DNA of 63,333 nucleotides, counting the filler, from Octopus bimaculoides (Eukaryota): the NCBI RefSeq assembly GCF_001194135.2. It is 4 parts of 4 records of this genome, joined end to end, with 100 filler letters (N's around TTAATTAATTAA, not from the genome) between each part and the next. Parts side by side here need not be neighbours in the genome. Positions count along the whole stretch, not along the records: positions 17,074 to 40,385 come from NC_069000.1; positions 40,486 to 52,328 come from NW_026321690.1; positions 52,429 to 63,333 come from NW_026323997.1; 1 more part is not named here. The stretch is one strand, 5' to 3'. The notes under the pieces were generated by a model that saw only the letters and a program-made list of their open reading frames with translations, did not search any database and was not told the origin of the DNA. The stretch's first letter is position 1. Each line of letters starts with the position of its first letter. Shown piece after piece: positions 39,684-52,517 of the stretch. The position numbers were made by a program, and so were the translations under genes.

Positions 39684-40600
39684 NNNNNNNNNNNNNNNNN
39701 NNNNNNNNNNNNNNNNNNNNNNNNNNNNNNNNNNNNNNNNNNNNNNNNNNNNNNNNNNNNNNNNNNNNNNNNNNNNNNNNNNNNNNNNNNNNNNNNNNNN
39801 NNNNNNNNNNNNNNNNNNNNNNNNNNNNNNNNNNNNNNNNNNNNNNNNNNNNNNNNNNNNNNNNNNNNNNNNNNNNNNNNNNNNNNNNNNNNNNNNNNNN
39901 NNNNNNNNNNNNNNNNNNNNNNNNNNNNNNNNNNNNNNNNNNNNNNNNTATATATATATATATATATTATATACATACAGACATATTGGCTAAACTGGCA
40001 ATATGACCATCCCCAAGTACAACAACATATTATATACATATATATATGCATATGTGCATATACATATATGTATACACATACACACCCATATGCGCATGTA
40101 TGATTATACATACATACATATACATATATCTCCTTCCTTTCCCGAGCGTCCAATAATACTATCCGTATCACGTCCTCACTTTGTTGTTTTTTTGTTATTG
40201 TTTTTTGTGTTTTTTTAAACTATATATATATATATATATATACATATACATACACAGACATATATGTGAGAATCAATTCTCCTGAAAGAGTCGAGGCCCA
40301 TCCCCCACCATCACCACCACAACCATTACTGTGAATCCCGTCATCATCATTCTAAAGACTTATCATCACCATCGTCATCATCACCNNNNNNNNNNNNNNN
40401 NNNNNNNNNNNNNNNNNNNNNNNNNNNNNTTAATTAATTAANNNNNNNNNNNNNNNNNNNNNNNNNNNNNNNNNNNNNNNNNNNNACACACTTACACACA
40501 CACACACACATTCGTACATTCACACACACAAGCATTCACACATGCAAATGCACACATACACACACGCATACATACGTACACATACACATACAAACACGTG

Positions 40601-40636
<36 letters not shown>

Positions 40637-40971
40637 TACAAACACATACACATAAACACATGGCCATACACACGCATACGCATACATAAAAAACGTGTGT
40701 GTTTTTCTATTTATCCCCCTCACCCAGTTGCATTTGGCAATCACTAGGGTTTTCTTGTCTTTTTAACGTTCCCACAACATAGCAGTCCGGCTAAGGAGAT
40801 CGATGAAATAATTACTAGCCTGACACGGTAGATTTGTTCGACTGAAGCTCTTCTGGCGTTGCTCCAGCATGACTCCAGTCTGGTAACTTAGAACAAGTAA
40901 AGGATAAAGATATTACACGCATAAACAGACACACACACTCTAACACACATAGGCGCACACAAGCACACACA

Positions 40972-41232
40972 CGTGGCTGTGTGGTAAGTAGCTTGCTTCC
41001 CAACCACATGCTTCCGGGTTCAGTCTCACTGCGTGGCACCTTGGGCAAGTGTCTTCTCCTATAGCCTCGGGTCGACCAAAGCCTTGTGAGTGGATTTGGT
41101 AGGCGGAAACTGAAAGAAGACCAAGGCTTTGGTCGGCGCGAGGCTATAGTAGACACTTGCCCAAGGTGCCACGCAGTGGGACTGAACCCGGAACCATGTG
41201 GTCGGTAAGCAAGCTACTTACCACACAGCCAC
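40972..41232. mobile_element. Two SINE A heads in inverted (tail-to-tail) orientation
   Basis: 40972-41122 on plus and 41123-41232 on minus. Confidence 0.92.
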
Positions 41233-41374
41233 CCTTACAAAGAGGTCTAAATGCTCTTAGCTTAGACTTTGGATCTTTTTCAAAACGGGGGCCACATTTT
41301 TCATTAACGAAACACTTTGAAACTTGGAACACTGGTAGAATGTGTCATATAAAACATCTTTTTCTCTTAGTCTT

Positions 41375-41723
41375 CTTTAAAAAAAAAGAAATCCATAAGT
41401 TATTCCATGTTAAAGTTGTCGTATTTCTGTAATTTCAACCAATCACTGACGTCCATTCAGCCGATATACATTAAGTGCCGATTACATAAACAAACGATTC
41501 TGACACAATTAACCCTAACCCTAACGCTAGGGTTAGGGTTAAAGCAAATTTAAAATGAAAAAAGCAAATAAAACGAAGGTATGGAGATTAAATACGCTTT
41601 ACATCGCTTAATAAGCCAAAGGAGTAAATGTAAACAACTGAATACTTGTCAGTGATTGGTTGAAATTACAGAAATACGACAACTTTAACATGGAATAACT
41701 TATGGATTTCTTTTTTTTTAAAG
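41375..41723. mobile_element. MITE/foldback with roughly 75-bp TIRs and a central CCCTAA/TTAGGG mini-palindrome
   Basis: 41375-41450 is the reverse complement of 41648-41723 except for the length of the A/T run; centre TTAACCCTAACCCTAACGCTAGGGTTAGGGTTAA at about 41509-41542. Confidence 0.9.
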
Positions 41724-43367
41724 ANNNNNNNNNNNNNNNNNNNNNNNNNNNNNNNNNNNNNNNNNNNNNNNNNNNNNNNNNNNNNNNNNNNNNNNNNNNN
41801 NNNNNNNNNNNNNNNNNNNNNNNNNNNNNNNNNNNNNNNNNNNNNNNNNNNNNNNNNNNNNNNNNNNNNNNNNNNNNNNNNNNNNNNNNNNNNNNNNNNN
41901 NNNNNNNNNNNNNNNNNNNNNNNNNNNNNNNNNNNNNNNNNNNNNNNNNNNNNNNNNNNNNNNNNNNNNNNNNNNNNNNNNNNNNNNNNNNNNNNNNNNN
42001 NNNNNNNNNNNNNNNNNNNNNNNNNNNNNNNNNNNNNNNNNNNNNNNNNNNNNNNNNNNNNNNNNNNNNNNNNNNNNNNNNNNNNNNNNNNNNNNNNNNN
42101 NNNNNNNNNNNNNNNNNNNNNNNNNNNNNNNNNNNNNNNNNNNNNNNNNNNNNNNNNNNNNNNNNNNNNNNNNNNNNNNNNNNNNNNNNNNNNNNNNNNN
42201 NNNNNNNNNNNNNNNNNNNNNNNNNNNNNNNNNNNNNNNNNNNNNNNNNNNNNNNNNNNNNNNNNNNNNNNNNNNNNNNNNNNNNNNNNNNNNNNNNNNN
42301 NNNNNNNNNNNNNNNNNNNNNNNNNNNNNNNNNNNNNNNNNNNNNNNNNNNNNNNNNNNNNNNNNNNNNNNNNNNNNNNNNNNNNNNNNNNNNNNNNNNN
42401 NNNNNNNNNNNNNNNNNNNNNNNNNNNNNNNNNNNNNNNNNNNNNNNNNNNNNNNNNNNNNNNNNNNNNNNNNNNNNNNNNNNNNNNNNNNNNNNNNNNN
42501 NNNNNNNNNNNNNNNNNNNNNNNNNNNNNNNNNNNNNNNNNNNNNNNNNNNNNNNNNNNNNNNNNNNNNNNNNNNNNNNNNNNNNNNNNNTATATGTATA
42601 TATATATATATAAGCACGCGTATTTAAATATTTATATATAATATATATTATGTGCGTGCAAACATCTGTATATACGTGCGTACAGTCACACACATACACG
42701 CACGCCCGCACGCATGCGCACACGTGCCAACGCACACCTATACGAAATTAGGTGCAAGCGTCTGCACGCTTCCACAACACTAAGTGTTCCGAGCGTACCC
42801 TCTACCCAGACACAACATTGCCACGCTGTAATATAACTGCTTTCAACCCCACAAACACACACACACACACACACATATATATATGTATATATATATATAT
42901 ATATATTTGTATATATATATATATACGCGTATAAGGCACGCTTCTCAAGCTTATACACTCCAACACACATGGCGCCCGTGCTAGAAACATCACGATCCCC
43001 GTCCTAAAACTTCCAGATTTCATCAGCGCCCACCCTGAGACATAGTTCTACATAGGGGGCACCCGCCTTTGCCCACCGCTCTTGTGTATTAGCANNNNNN
43101 NNNNNNNNNNNNNNNNNNNNNNNNNNNNNNNNNNNNNNNNNNNNNNNNNNNNNNNNNNNNNNNNNNNNNNNNNNNNNNNNNNNNNNNNNNNNNNNNNNNN
43201 NNNNNNNNNNNNNNNNNNNNNNNNNNNNNNNNNNNNNNNNNNNNNNNNNNNNNNNNNNNNNNNNNNNNNNNNNNNNNNNNNCTGTGTGCGCCAAAGCCAC
43301 CGCCGCCGTAAGAGCTTACGAAGGCGACCTCCCTCTCTCACTGTCTCTCTCTCTCACACGTTGTCTT

Positions 43368-43432
<65 letters not shown>

Positions 43433-43877
43433 GTCTATCTATCTATCTACCTACTTATCTATCTAAGCGATAGCTAGAGCAAAAGGAAACGGTAGCCAAA
43501 TCTCCCTCACGCCACACCCCCACTGTCTTAGGTATGTGTATACGTTTGTATGAGTCAATGAGGAAAAACTCTAAATGGTATTTAGATCTGCGAGAAATAG
43601 CAACCAAATCTTCCTCAAATTACAACCTACTATCTTATGTATGTATGTATGAACCAATGTTAGAAACCTCTCCATGGTAGGGAGAGCTGAAAGAAATAGC
43701 AGCCAAATCTCCCTCAAATTACAACCTACTATCTTATGTATGTATGTATGTATGAACCAATGTTAGACACCTCTCCATGGTAGGAAGAGCTGAAAGAAAT
43801 AGCAGCCAAATATCTCACAGATCACATCCTACTGTCTTTGTATGTATGTATGTATGTATGTATGTATGTATGTATGT

Positions 43878-43985
43878 CATTGTTTAGTCTTATTTCAAGA
43901 TTTCTTGCCAATAGAGAAAGAGCCGGTTTCTTACCTAGATCCCAAGTTCCTTCATTGGAATTTCAACATCAGCAACAGGGTAACT
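43878..43985 (-). mobile_element. Short retroelement fragment (possible Penelope pseudo-LTR piece) embedded in (TATG)n
   Basis: Minus strand CAATGAAG...GAAACCGGCTC...GAAATAAGAC followed by (ACAT)n; flanked by TATG on both sides. Confidence 0.45.
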
Positions 43986-44094
43986 TTGTATGTATGTATG
44001 CATGTTTGTATGTATGTTTGTTTGCATGTATGTATGTATGTATGTGTGGCTGGACCTTAAAAACTCCAGACACACAGGTCTTGATGAAACCTGA

Positions 44095-44450
44095 TGTATG
44101 TATGTATGTGTGTATATGTACATAGGTATGTATGTGTGTATATGTACATAGGTATGTATGTGCGTATGTATATATGTATGTACATAGGTATGTATGTGTG
44201 CATGTACATAGGTATGTATGTGTGCATGTACATAGGTATGTATGTGTGCATGTACATAGGTATGTATGTGTGCATGTACATAGGTATGTATGTGTGCNNN
44301 NNNNNNNGTGCATGTACATAGGTATGTATGTGTGCATGTACATAGGTATGTATGTGTGCATGTACATAGGTATGTATGTGTGCATGTACATAGGTATGTA
44401 TGTGTGCATGTACATAGGTATGTATGTGTGCATGTACATAGGTATGTACA
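44095..44450. repeat. 24-bp minisatellite GTATGTATGTGTGCATGTACATAG
   Basis: About 14 copies, with a 10-N gap at 44298-44307. Confidence 0.93.
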
Positions 44451-45995
44451 TATGTATGTATGTATGTATGCGTGTGTGTGTGTGTATGTATGTAGCAATG
44501 ACCAAAAACGCTACGTTATTTTGACCTCGTAGAGATAGCAGCCAAACTTTCCTCAAATCCCACCCTACTATCTTATGCATGTACATATGTGTGAATCAAC
44601 CAGTGGGGGAGACCTCTACATAGAAGCTAGATGTGTTAGAAACAGCAGCTAAATCTCCCTCAAATCACTCATGTAGATATGAGCCAACAGAGGACGTCTC
44701 TACTTGGTAGCTAAAGTTGGTATAAATAGCAGTCAAATCTTCCTCAGTTCACACCCTCCTGTCTTGTGTATATATATATATATATATGTATGTATGAGCC
44801 AACGAGAGAGATCTCTACATGGTAGCTACCCCCGTTAGAAATAGCAGCTAAATCTTCCTCATATCACATCCTACTGTCTTGTGTATGTATATATGTGTGT
44901 ATGAGCCAACGAGGAAGACTTCTACATGGTAGCTAGACCTGGTAGAAATAGCAGCCAAATCTCCCTCAAATCACACCTTACTGTCATGTATGTATAGGAG
45001 CCAATGTCGAAGACCTCTACATGGTAGCTACACCTGTTAGAAATAGCAGCTAAATCTTCCTCATATCACATCCTACAGTCTTGTGTATGTATATATGTAT
45101 GTATGTATGAGCCAACTAGAGACCTCTACATGGTAGCTACGCCCGATAGAAATAGCAGCCAGATGTCCATCATATCACATCCTACAGTCTTGTGTATGAT
45201 TATATGTTATGTATGAGACCTCTACGTGATAGCTAGACATGCTAGAAATAACAAACTCAATAATAATAACAACAACAGCAACAACAACAACAGTAACTCT
45301 TGTTGCAACAACAAAGAGAATCGAATATGAACCGAGAGAGTAAAAGAGCTCCGTGGAGAGAATGGTTTAATGGAGGCAGGAATTCCAGAGGAGTGTAACA
45401 CAATAGTCATTTTTTTCTCTTCGTACGGTTGTAGTTTGGGCGGAGAGAATGTTTACTTCGGGTATCAACCGGGTGGGTGTTGGATGGGATAGAGGATGGG
45501 CGTGCCGGGCTTGGGGTGGTGCTGGGTACTCGGCTCTGTGGAAGCATTTAGCTGTGTGTGTGTGTGTGTGTATGTGTGTATGTGTGCGAGTAGTGATTGT
45601 ATGGTGTGTGAGCGAGCGGGATGTTTCGTTTTGTTGTACGCGCTGTGATATGATTCTACAGTTATCTACATGTGTGTGNNNNNNNNNNNNNNNNNNNNNN
45701 NNNNNNNNNNNNNNNNNNNNNNNNNNNNNNNNNNNNNNNNNNNNNNNNNNNNNNNNNNNNNNNNNNNNNNNNNNNNNNNNNNNNNNNNNNNNNNNNNNNN
45801 NNNNNNNNNNNNNNNNNNNNNNNNNNNNNNNNNNNNNNNNNNNNNNNNNNNNNNNNNNNNNNNNNNNNNNNNNNNNNNNNNNNNNNNNNNNNNNNNNNNN
45901 NNNNNNNNNNNNNNNNNNNNNNNNNNNNNNNNNNNNNNNNTGTGTGTGTGTGTGTGTGTGTGTCTACAGATGAACATATGTATGTATGTTTATGT

Positions 45996-46352
45996 GTAGC
46001 TTACTTACCAACCACATTGTTCGGGGTTCAGGCCTACAGCGTGGCACCTTGGGCAAGTGTCTTCTACTATAGCTTCGGACACGCCAAAGCCTTGTGAGTG
46101 GATTTGGTAGACGGAAACTGAAAGAAGCCCGTCGTATATATGTATATATATATGTGTGTTTGTGTTTGTCCCCCAACATCGCTTGACAACCGATGCTGGT
46201 GTGTTTACGTCCCCGTAACCTAGCGGTTCGGCAAAAAGAGACCGATAGAATAAGTACTAGGCTTACAAAGAATAAGTCCTGGGGTCGATTTGCTCGACTA
46301 AAGGCGGTGCTCCAGCATGGCCGCAGTCAAATGACTGAAACAAGTAAAAGAG
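45996..46352 (+). mobile_element. SINE family A, near full length
   Basis: Head, TA/TG microsatellite and body ending CAGCATGGCCGCAGTCAAATGACTGAAACAAGTAAAAGAG. Confidence 0.93.
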
Positions 46353-46953
46353 AGAGTAAATCATTATAAAGTAGAATCTCGTCGGAGATAGTATATATAT
46401 ATATATGTATATATATATAAATATATACACATGCATAAATAAATATATTCTTATGTCTCTATATGTGTGTGTGTAATTATGTATACAAGTACATAAGAAC
46501 TTCAAAGAAAATTTATCTAAAAGAGGGAGAAGTAGTCTACTGCTAAAATTTTAGATGTCCAGATATTTATAATCCCTTGGTAGTATTGTGTGGTGCGTAT
46601 ATTTCGTTGAAGAGGTTATTTAAGACTGAAACATATTTGCAGTTTTTACTTTAACGCAATAACGTCTCGTGCTCCCATGCCACCATATTTACGAAAATAT
46701 TTACGAAAAGACGACCTGTTATGGATTGTAAAGAACTTGGTAAAGAAAATAAATTTTGTGTTGGCTCTGAAAACATTCCACGAAGTCTCTGATGTAATAT
46801 GTATTTGACTGTGTGACTTAGAATGATTGCAGAACTTTATCTAGATTATCAGTTTAATCAACTTTATTAATATTTAAAAAATTATTCCTTAAATATTTTC
46901 AACTTCTTTTATCATTAATTTTTTTTTTAAAATTTATGAGTCNNNNNNNNNNG

Positions 46954-47255
46954 GGCAAGTGTCTTCTACTATTGCCTCGAGCCGATCAAAGCCTTGTGAG
47001 TGAATTTGGTTGACGGAATCTGTAAGAAGCCCGTCGCATATATGTATGTGTGTGTGTTTGTGTTTGTCTCCCCAACATCGCTTGACAGTCGATGCTGGTG
47101 CGTTTACGCCCCCGTAACTTAGCGGTTCGGCAAGAAAGACCGATAGAATAAGTACTAGGCTTCCAAAGAATAAGTCCTGGGGTCGATTTGCTCGACTAAA
47201 GGTGGTGCTCCAGCATGGCCGCACTCAAATGACTGAAACGAGTAAAAGAGTAAAG
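46954..47255 (+). mobile_element. SINE family A (5' end in gap)
   Basis: High identity to 45996-46352. Confidence 0.93.
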
Positions 47256-47330
47256 AGTATATCAGCCTTAGCAAATATTTTTTATCTCCTTTTCGTAACC
47301 TTTTTGCGTCTGTGCATGTGTTTAGAATCC

Positions 47331-47366
47331 CTGATGAGGGAACGAAATTTTCGAAACAGCCTGTTT
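47331..47366 (+). ncRNA. Degenerate hammerhead-ribozyme-like motif (Penelope pseudo-LTR type)
   Basis: CTGATGA, stem II GGGAA/TTTTC, GAAA, then CAGC(C)TGT, a near-palindromic stem III. Stem I is imperfect. Confidence 0.4.
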
Positions 47367-47545
47367 CTGATTATAGAGAGGGATGTTGTTAATTTAATAA
47401 GTGAATCTAAATGAAGAAATTGACTTATTAAAAATCGAAGTAGATATTAAGTCTTCTGTTATTTGTTTATCAAATTGTTTGTTTGTTTATGGGAGGAAAG
47501 GATAGATATTTATCAACAACTCTTCTCACCCTTCAAGAATGATAA

Positions 47546-47577
<32 letters not shown>

Positions 47578-47640
47578 AACACACACAAACACACACACGC
47601 AGAACACATACAAACACACACGCGCACATACACACATTGT

Positions 47641-47822
47641 ACGGTAAGAAACTTGTTTCCCAACCACATGGTTCCGGGTTCAGTCCGACTGCGTGGCACC
47701 TTGGGTAAGTGTATTCTACGATAGCCTCGGGCCGACTAAAGCCTTGTGAGTGGATTTGGTAGACGGAAACTGAAAGAAGCTCACCGTATATATGTATATA
47801 TATATATATATGTATATATAAT

Positions 47823-47857
<35 letters not shown>

Positions 47858-48210
47858 GTATGTATATATATATATATATATAATGTNNNNNNNNNNTGTA
47901 TGTATATATATATATATATATAATGTATGTATATATATATATATAATGTATGTATATGTATGTATGTATGTATATATTTGTGTGGACGTGTCTGTTTGTC
48001 TCCCCCAACCATCTTTTGATGACTGATGTTGTCAACCGATGTTGGTGTGTTTACCTCCCCGTCGGCTATCGGTTCGGTAAAAGAGACCGATAGAATAAGT
48101 TTTAGGCTTACAAAGAATTAGTCCTGGGGTCGATTTGTTCCACTAAAACCCCTTAAGGTGGTGCTCCAGCATAGCCGCGGTCGAATGACTGAAACCAGTA
48201 AAAGAAACTA
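47641..48210 (+). mobile_element. SINE family A with expanded internal microsatellite
   Basis: Head 47641-47790, TA/TG tract with a gap, body 47985-48210. Confidence 0.9.
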
Positions 48211-48219
48211 AATGAACAT

Positions 48220-48253
<34 letters not shown>

Positions 48254-48393
48254 TAGTGTGTGTGTGTGTGTGTGTGTGTGATAGTGAGTGTGTCTGGTTG
48301 TGTATGTGTGTGATAGTGTGTGTGTGTGTGTGTGTACGTAGAGAAGCACACGGATACATACACTATCACATACAGTTGCGCACAAGTCATTCA

Positions 48394-48431
<38 letters not shown>

Positions 48432-49389
48432 GCATGCTTCCGATATTTTTGTTTGTTTCTGTTAAAAATATTGAATTATGGAATCATCATTATCATCATC
48501 ATCATTATTATTCATTAAAATCAAAATAAATTTATAAGTTTTCAATAAAAACAAATCACCAGTCGAGTACGGTTATCGATTATATCGACTGACACTCACC
48601 TCCTCACAACATTGCTGGCCTTGTTCCTAAATTGAATTATTATTATTATTAAGCGAGAGAGGAGCGCAGATCATCAAAGAGACATTGGGTTACAAGTATA
48701 CAAAGCCCAGTCTGATAAGGGTACACCCGGTGCATGCATCACAACCATATGTGCACGACATGGTGATCTCATATCAAGATAAACAGCGCATGACCTCGCA
48801 GGTGGGGCCCAGTTAGAATTTTCTTCAGGTCGAGTAGCCCATCCCGCTCAAAAAGTCCCTGAATAAGGTTTGTTTAAGGATGTTGAGCAAAACACCCATG
48901 CTTCCAAAAGTGAATTATTCAAACCCCAAAGAATTACTCTCAACACATGGCTATGATGCTCCCCCACTACTTCTGCTCTTGACCAAAGATGCACATATCG
49001 TCAGCCACCAAGGGACATGCTCAACTGGTTAAGGTCAAACAACTGACTAGCAAATCTGTGGTATTGAGCAGAATATTTGCTGTAGCCCATCTTTAGTAGA
49101 GGTTGGGATAATAATGGCAGTTGAGGTGGTGGCGGTGGTGATGGTGATGATGGCGTTGTTGTGGTGGTGGCGTTAGTGGTAATGTTGGTGTTGGTGGTGG
49201 TGTTGATGTTGTTGCTGCTTAGAACGGTGGTTGTTGTGTTCCGGAGTTGAAGGTTGTGGTGGTGGCGAAACTAGTGCTGATGGCTGTCCTCCTAAGGTGG
49301 TAGAGTAGTAGTTGATGATGATGATGATGATGATATTTGCGTTGGTGTTGAGGGTGATCGTTATGGTAGTAGTGGTGGTGGTAGTAGTG

Positions 49390-49495
49390 GTAGTAGTAAC
49401 GGTAGGGATAATAGTAATGGTGGTAGTAGTAACGGTAGGGATAATAGTAATGGTGGTAGTAGTAACGGTAGGGATAATAGTAATGGTAGTAGTAG
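49390..49495. repeat. 27-bp tandem repeat within a GTG/GTA-rich field (49110-49800)
   Basis: GTAGTAACGGTAGGGATAATAGTAATG occurs three times. Confidence 0.9.
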
Positions 49496-50908
49496 TAGTG
49501 GTGCTGGTGGTGGTGCTTGTGGTTGTGGTGGTGGTGATAGTAATAGTAGTACTAGTGGTGTGGTAGTAGTAGTAATAATGATGGTGATAGTGGTGGTGGC
49601 AGCAACAGCAGTCGTAGTAGTAGTAGTAGTAGTAGTAGCGATCGTTATGGAGAGGTGTTGAGGGTGGTGATTGTAGGTGTAGTGGTGATGGTTTAGGCGG
49701 TAGTTTGGGGGTTGTGTTGCCGCTGCTGCGGTGGCTGCAGTAGCCAGTGGTAGTTGTGATTAAGGTGGCGGTAGTGTTGGTGCTGGTGGTGGTGGTGGTG
49801 GGAGTCTTTGCTGAGATTTAGTTATGTGGCGAAAGGAGAGCTAACGGAATGTTTCACTCTCTCATTCACTNNNNNNNNNNNNNNNNNNNNNNNNNNNNNN
49901 NNNNNNNNNNNNNNNNNNNNNNNNNNNNNNNNNNNNNNNNNNNNNNNNNNNNNNNNNNNNNNNNNNNNNNNNNNNNNNNNNNNNNNNNNNNNNNNNNNNN
50001 NNNNNNNNNNNNNNNNNNNNNNNNNNNNNNNNNNNNNNNNNNNNNNNNNNNNNNNNNNNNNNNNNNNNNNNNNNNNNNNNNNNNNNNNNNNNNNNNNCTC
50101 TCTCTCTCTCTCTCTCTCTCACACACATACTACTCCACGCCACAACTGCTCTTACCACACCACTCTTACGCCACACACCAGAAACGTCCCGGCACGAGCA
50201 CCGGAGCCCCATCCACACACAGCTCCCAACACCTCCACAACAACACAAGCCGATATCCATCCATACCACCACCGCTGACCAACTCGCAGCGTACCGCAAC
50301 CACCCGGCCCGCCTCTGCATCTTATTTCCCAATAGGTTTCTTACGAGCTTAATCAAAATAGAATGTTTGCTGATAGGTGTTAAGTCGTAGATCGAACCTG
50401 GCTTCCATCCAACTATCGGTCGTCCGTCATAAAACGAAGCCACACGCACACACCCACACAGACACACATGCAGCCCTACGTATATGTATACATGCGAGCG
50501 CAGGCGGTCGGACACGAAGAGCTTGATAGAAAATACAAAGAGAAAACTTATTCGTTCTCAGATATGATGTTCGAGCCAACAAATTGACCCCTGTATGGTA
50601 GCTAAAACTGCTAGAAATAGCAGCCAAATCTACCTCAAATTGATACCACACTGTTTTTCTCCGAAAATCTCTTGAAGTAACACCATGGTAATGCGCGAAG
50701 TATGTGCTGAAGCTTCATCCTGCTGAAAGTATACATTATTAATTTCACTTTCAGTGAGTTGGCCACAAATGGAGAGACAATATTTGAGCCCACGTAGTGA
50801 TAGCCAAGCTGCGCATGCGCAGGAAGAAAGAAAGAAATTCAGTGCAGAGAGACATTTTGAACACCCTATATTATTTTAATATACGTATTTTCAAACGCGG
50901 TGAGCTGG

Positions 50909-51332
50909 TACGTAGATCCTCGAGTATAATCCGCACTGTTTTCCAAAAATTTAAAGGTCAAAATTTCCAGTGCGTACTATACACGAGGTTAAAAATGAAA
51001 AATATTTTCTAAGGAAAATTTTCTAAGTGACAAATATGTAAAGGCAATTTACTTAATATTTATTTTTCACTGGCGTTATTACTGTTATTTCTTTATTTTC
51101 TGCAAACAAAGTGCACAAAAAGGCTACACGTTTGCATTATGTTATATATACAATAATAATAAAGGACTTTACTGTATATATGTTTACAAACTAAGGACGT
51201 TATATAGACCTCCTTGACTCAAGTTAGAGAAAGAGTGCGTATTATACACAAGGTTTAGGTTTTTCAGACGTACAGCCCCCTAAAAATCCCCTGCGTGTTA
51301 TACTCAAGGGCGCACTATACTCGAGGATTTAC

Positions 51333-51336
<4 letters not shown>
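50909..51336. mobile_element. pogo/Tigger-like MITE
   Basis: Left TACGTAGATCCTCGAGTATAAT versus the reverse complement of the right end, TACCGTAAATCCTCGAGTATAGT; TA at both ends. Confidence 0.82.
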
Positions 51337-51377
<41 letters not shown>

Positions 51378-52048
51378 ACATAGTAATAACCCGTATTATT
51401 ATTGTTGGTATTTTATATGTATACACACACTGTATTGACTTTAATTCTTTTTATATATAAAGGTTCCTAGTTACACCAGAATTTCAAATTATGCAACGAA
51501 GAACTGGTATTTTTTGGTTATCTCACCCCCATTAAAAAATTGGGTTATCTCCCCCAAATGAAAAAAATGTTTCACCCTCAAATAAGACAAAAAAGAAAAC
51601 GAAAAATTAATAAATATGAAAACTGAAAAAAGTTAAACATCTCACTGAATCTGATAACATTATTATAATAAATCATTCCATGCTTATTGAGGAGGCTAAA
51701 AGTCAATAATGTGCTGAAGTATTGAATCAAAAGGATATAATTCCTTTAATCCAATCTCTTGTTGCTACATTAACCCAGATTTTAATGGCAATTTTTTAAT
51801 GGGGTGAGATGACCCCAAAAAATACCTAGGAAGTTTCTCTTAAATTCCCTGATGAAGCTGTTTTACGAAAAAGATTGTATTAATTAAACATCTTACTGAA
51901 TCTGATAACATTTTTGTAACAAATCATAAATGTATGTATATATATGTATGTATATATATTTATGCATGTATATATATGTATGTATATGTTTATGCATTTA
52001 TATGTATGTGTATATATATATGTGTATATATATCTATATGTATGTGTA

Positions 52049-52089
<41 letters not shown>

Positions 52090-52517
52090 ATATATATATA
52101 TATATGTATGTGTATATTGTTATATGTATGTATAGGTATGTATATATATGTGTATATATGTATGTATATATATATATGTTTATAGATTTGTTTATATATA
52201 CATTTTTACATTTCCTTTTGTTTTTCTTTCTCTTTCCAGGTAAGTACTTTCAACTATTTGACTGATGCCAGCTTCTACCATCCACATTATCAAGGCAACC
52301 ACCGCGATACCATCTCCTCTCCACCCCCNNNNNNNNNNNNNNNNNNNNNNNNNNNNNNNNNNNNNNNNNNNNTTAATTAATTAANNNNNNNNNNNNNNNN
52401 NNNNNNNNNNNNNNNNNNNNNNNNNNNNGCCTAGAGGAGTTTTGAGAAAATTCTTAGCTGCTGCTGCCATGAAATATTTCTTTATGCTGAATTCGTTTTT
52501 AAAAAACTTTTTTAAAA

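Larger units (their letters stand above)
43485..45250. repeat. Interrupted tandem array of 12 units of a roughly 85-115 bp element, mostly separated by (TATG)n-like tracts
   Basis: AGAAATAGCAGCCAAATC-like cores at 43485, 43593, 43692, 43795, 44531, 44638, 44722, 44837, 44944, 45039, 45148 and 45244. Confidence 0.93.

Noticed and set aside
43485-45250. CRISPR-like appearance of conserved repeats with variable spacers
   Set aside because: The context is eukaryotic, the spacers are TATG microsatellite rather than unique sequence, the repeats are long and diverged, and there are no cas genes.
48655-49095. Unique-looking 440-bp block that resembles a recalled high-copy octopus repeat
   Set aside because: There is only one copy in the window and no TIR, tail or ORF, so a family cannot be supported from this sequence alone.
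49110-49800. Thr/Pro-rich mucin-like reading on the minus strand
   Set aside because: It is a degenerate trinucleotide field with no supporting splice or start signals.
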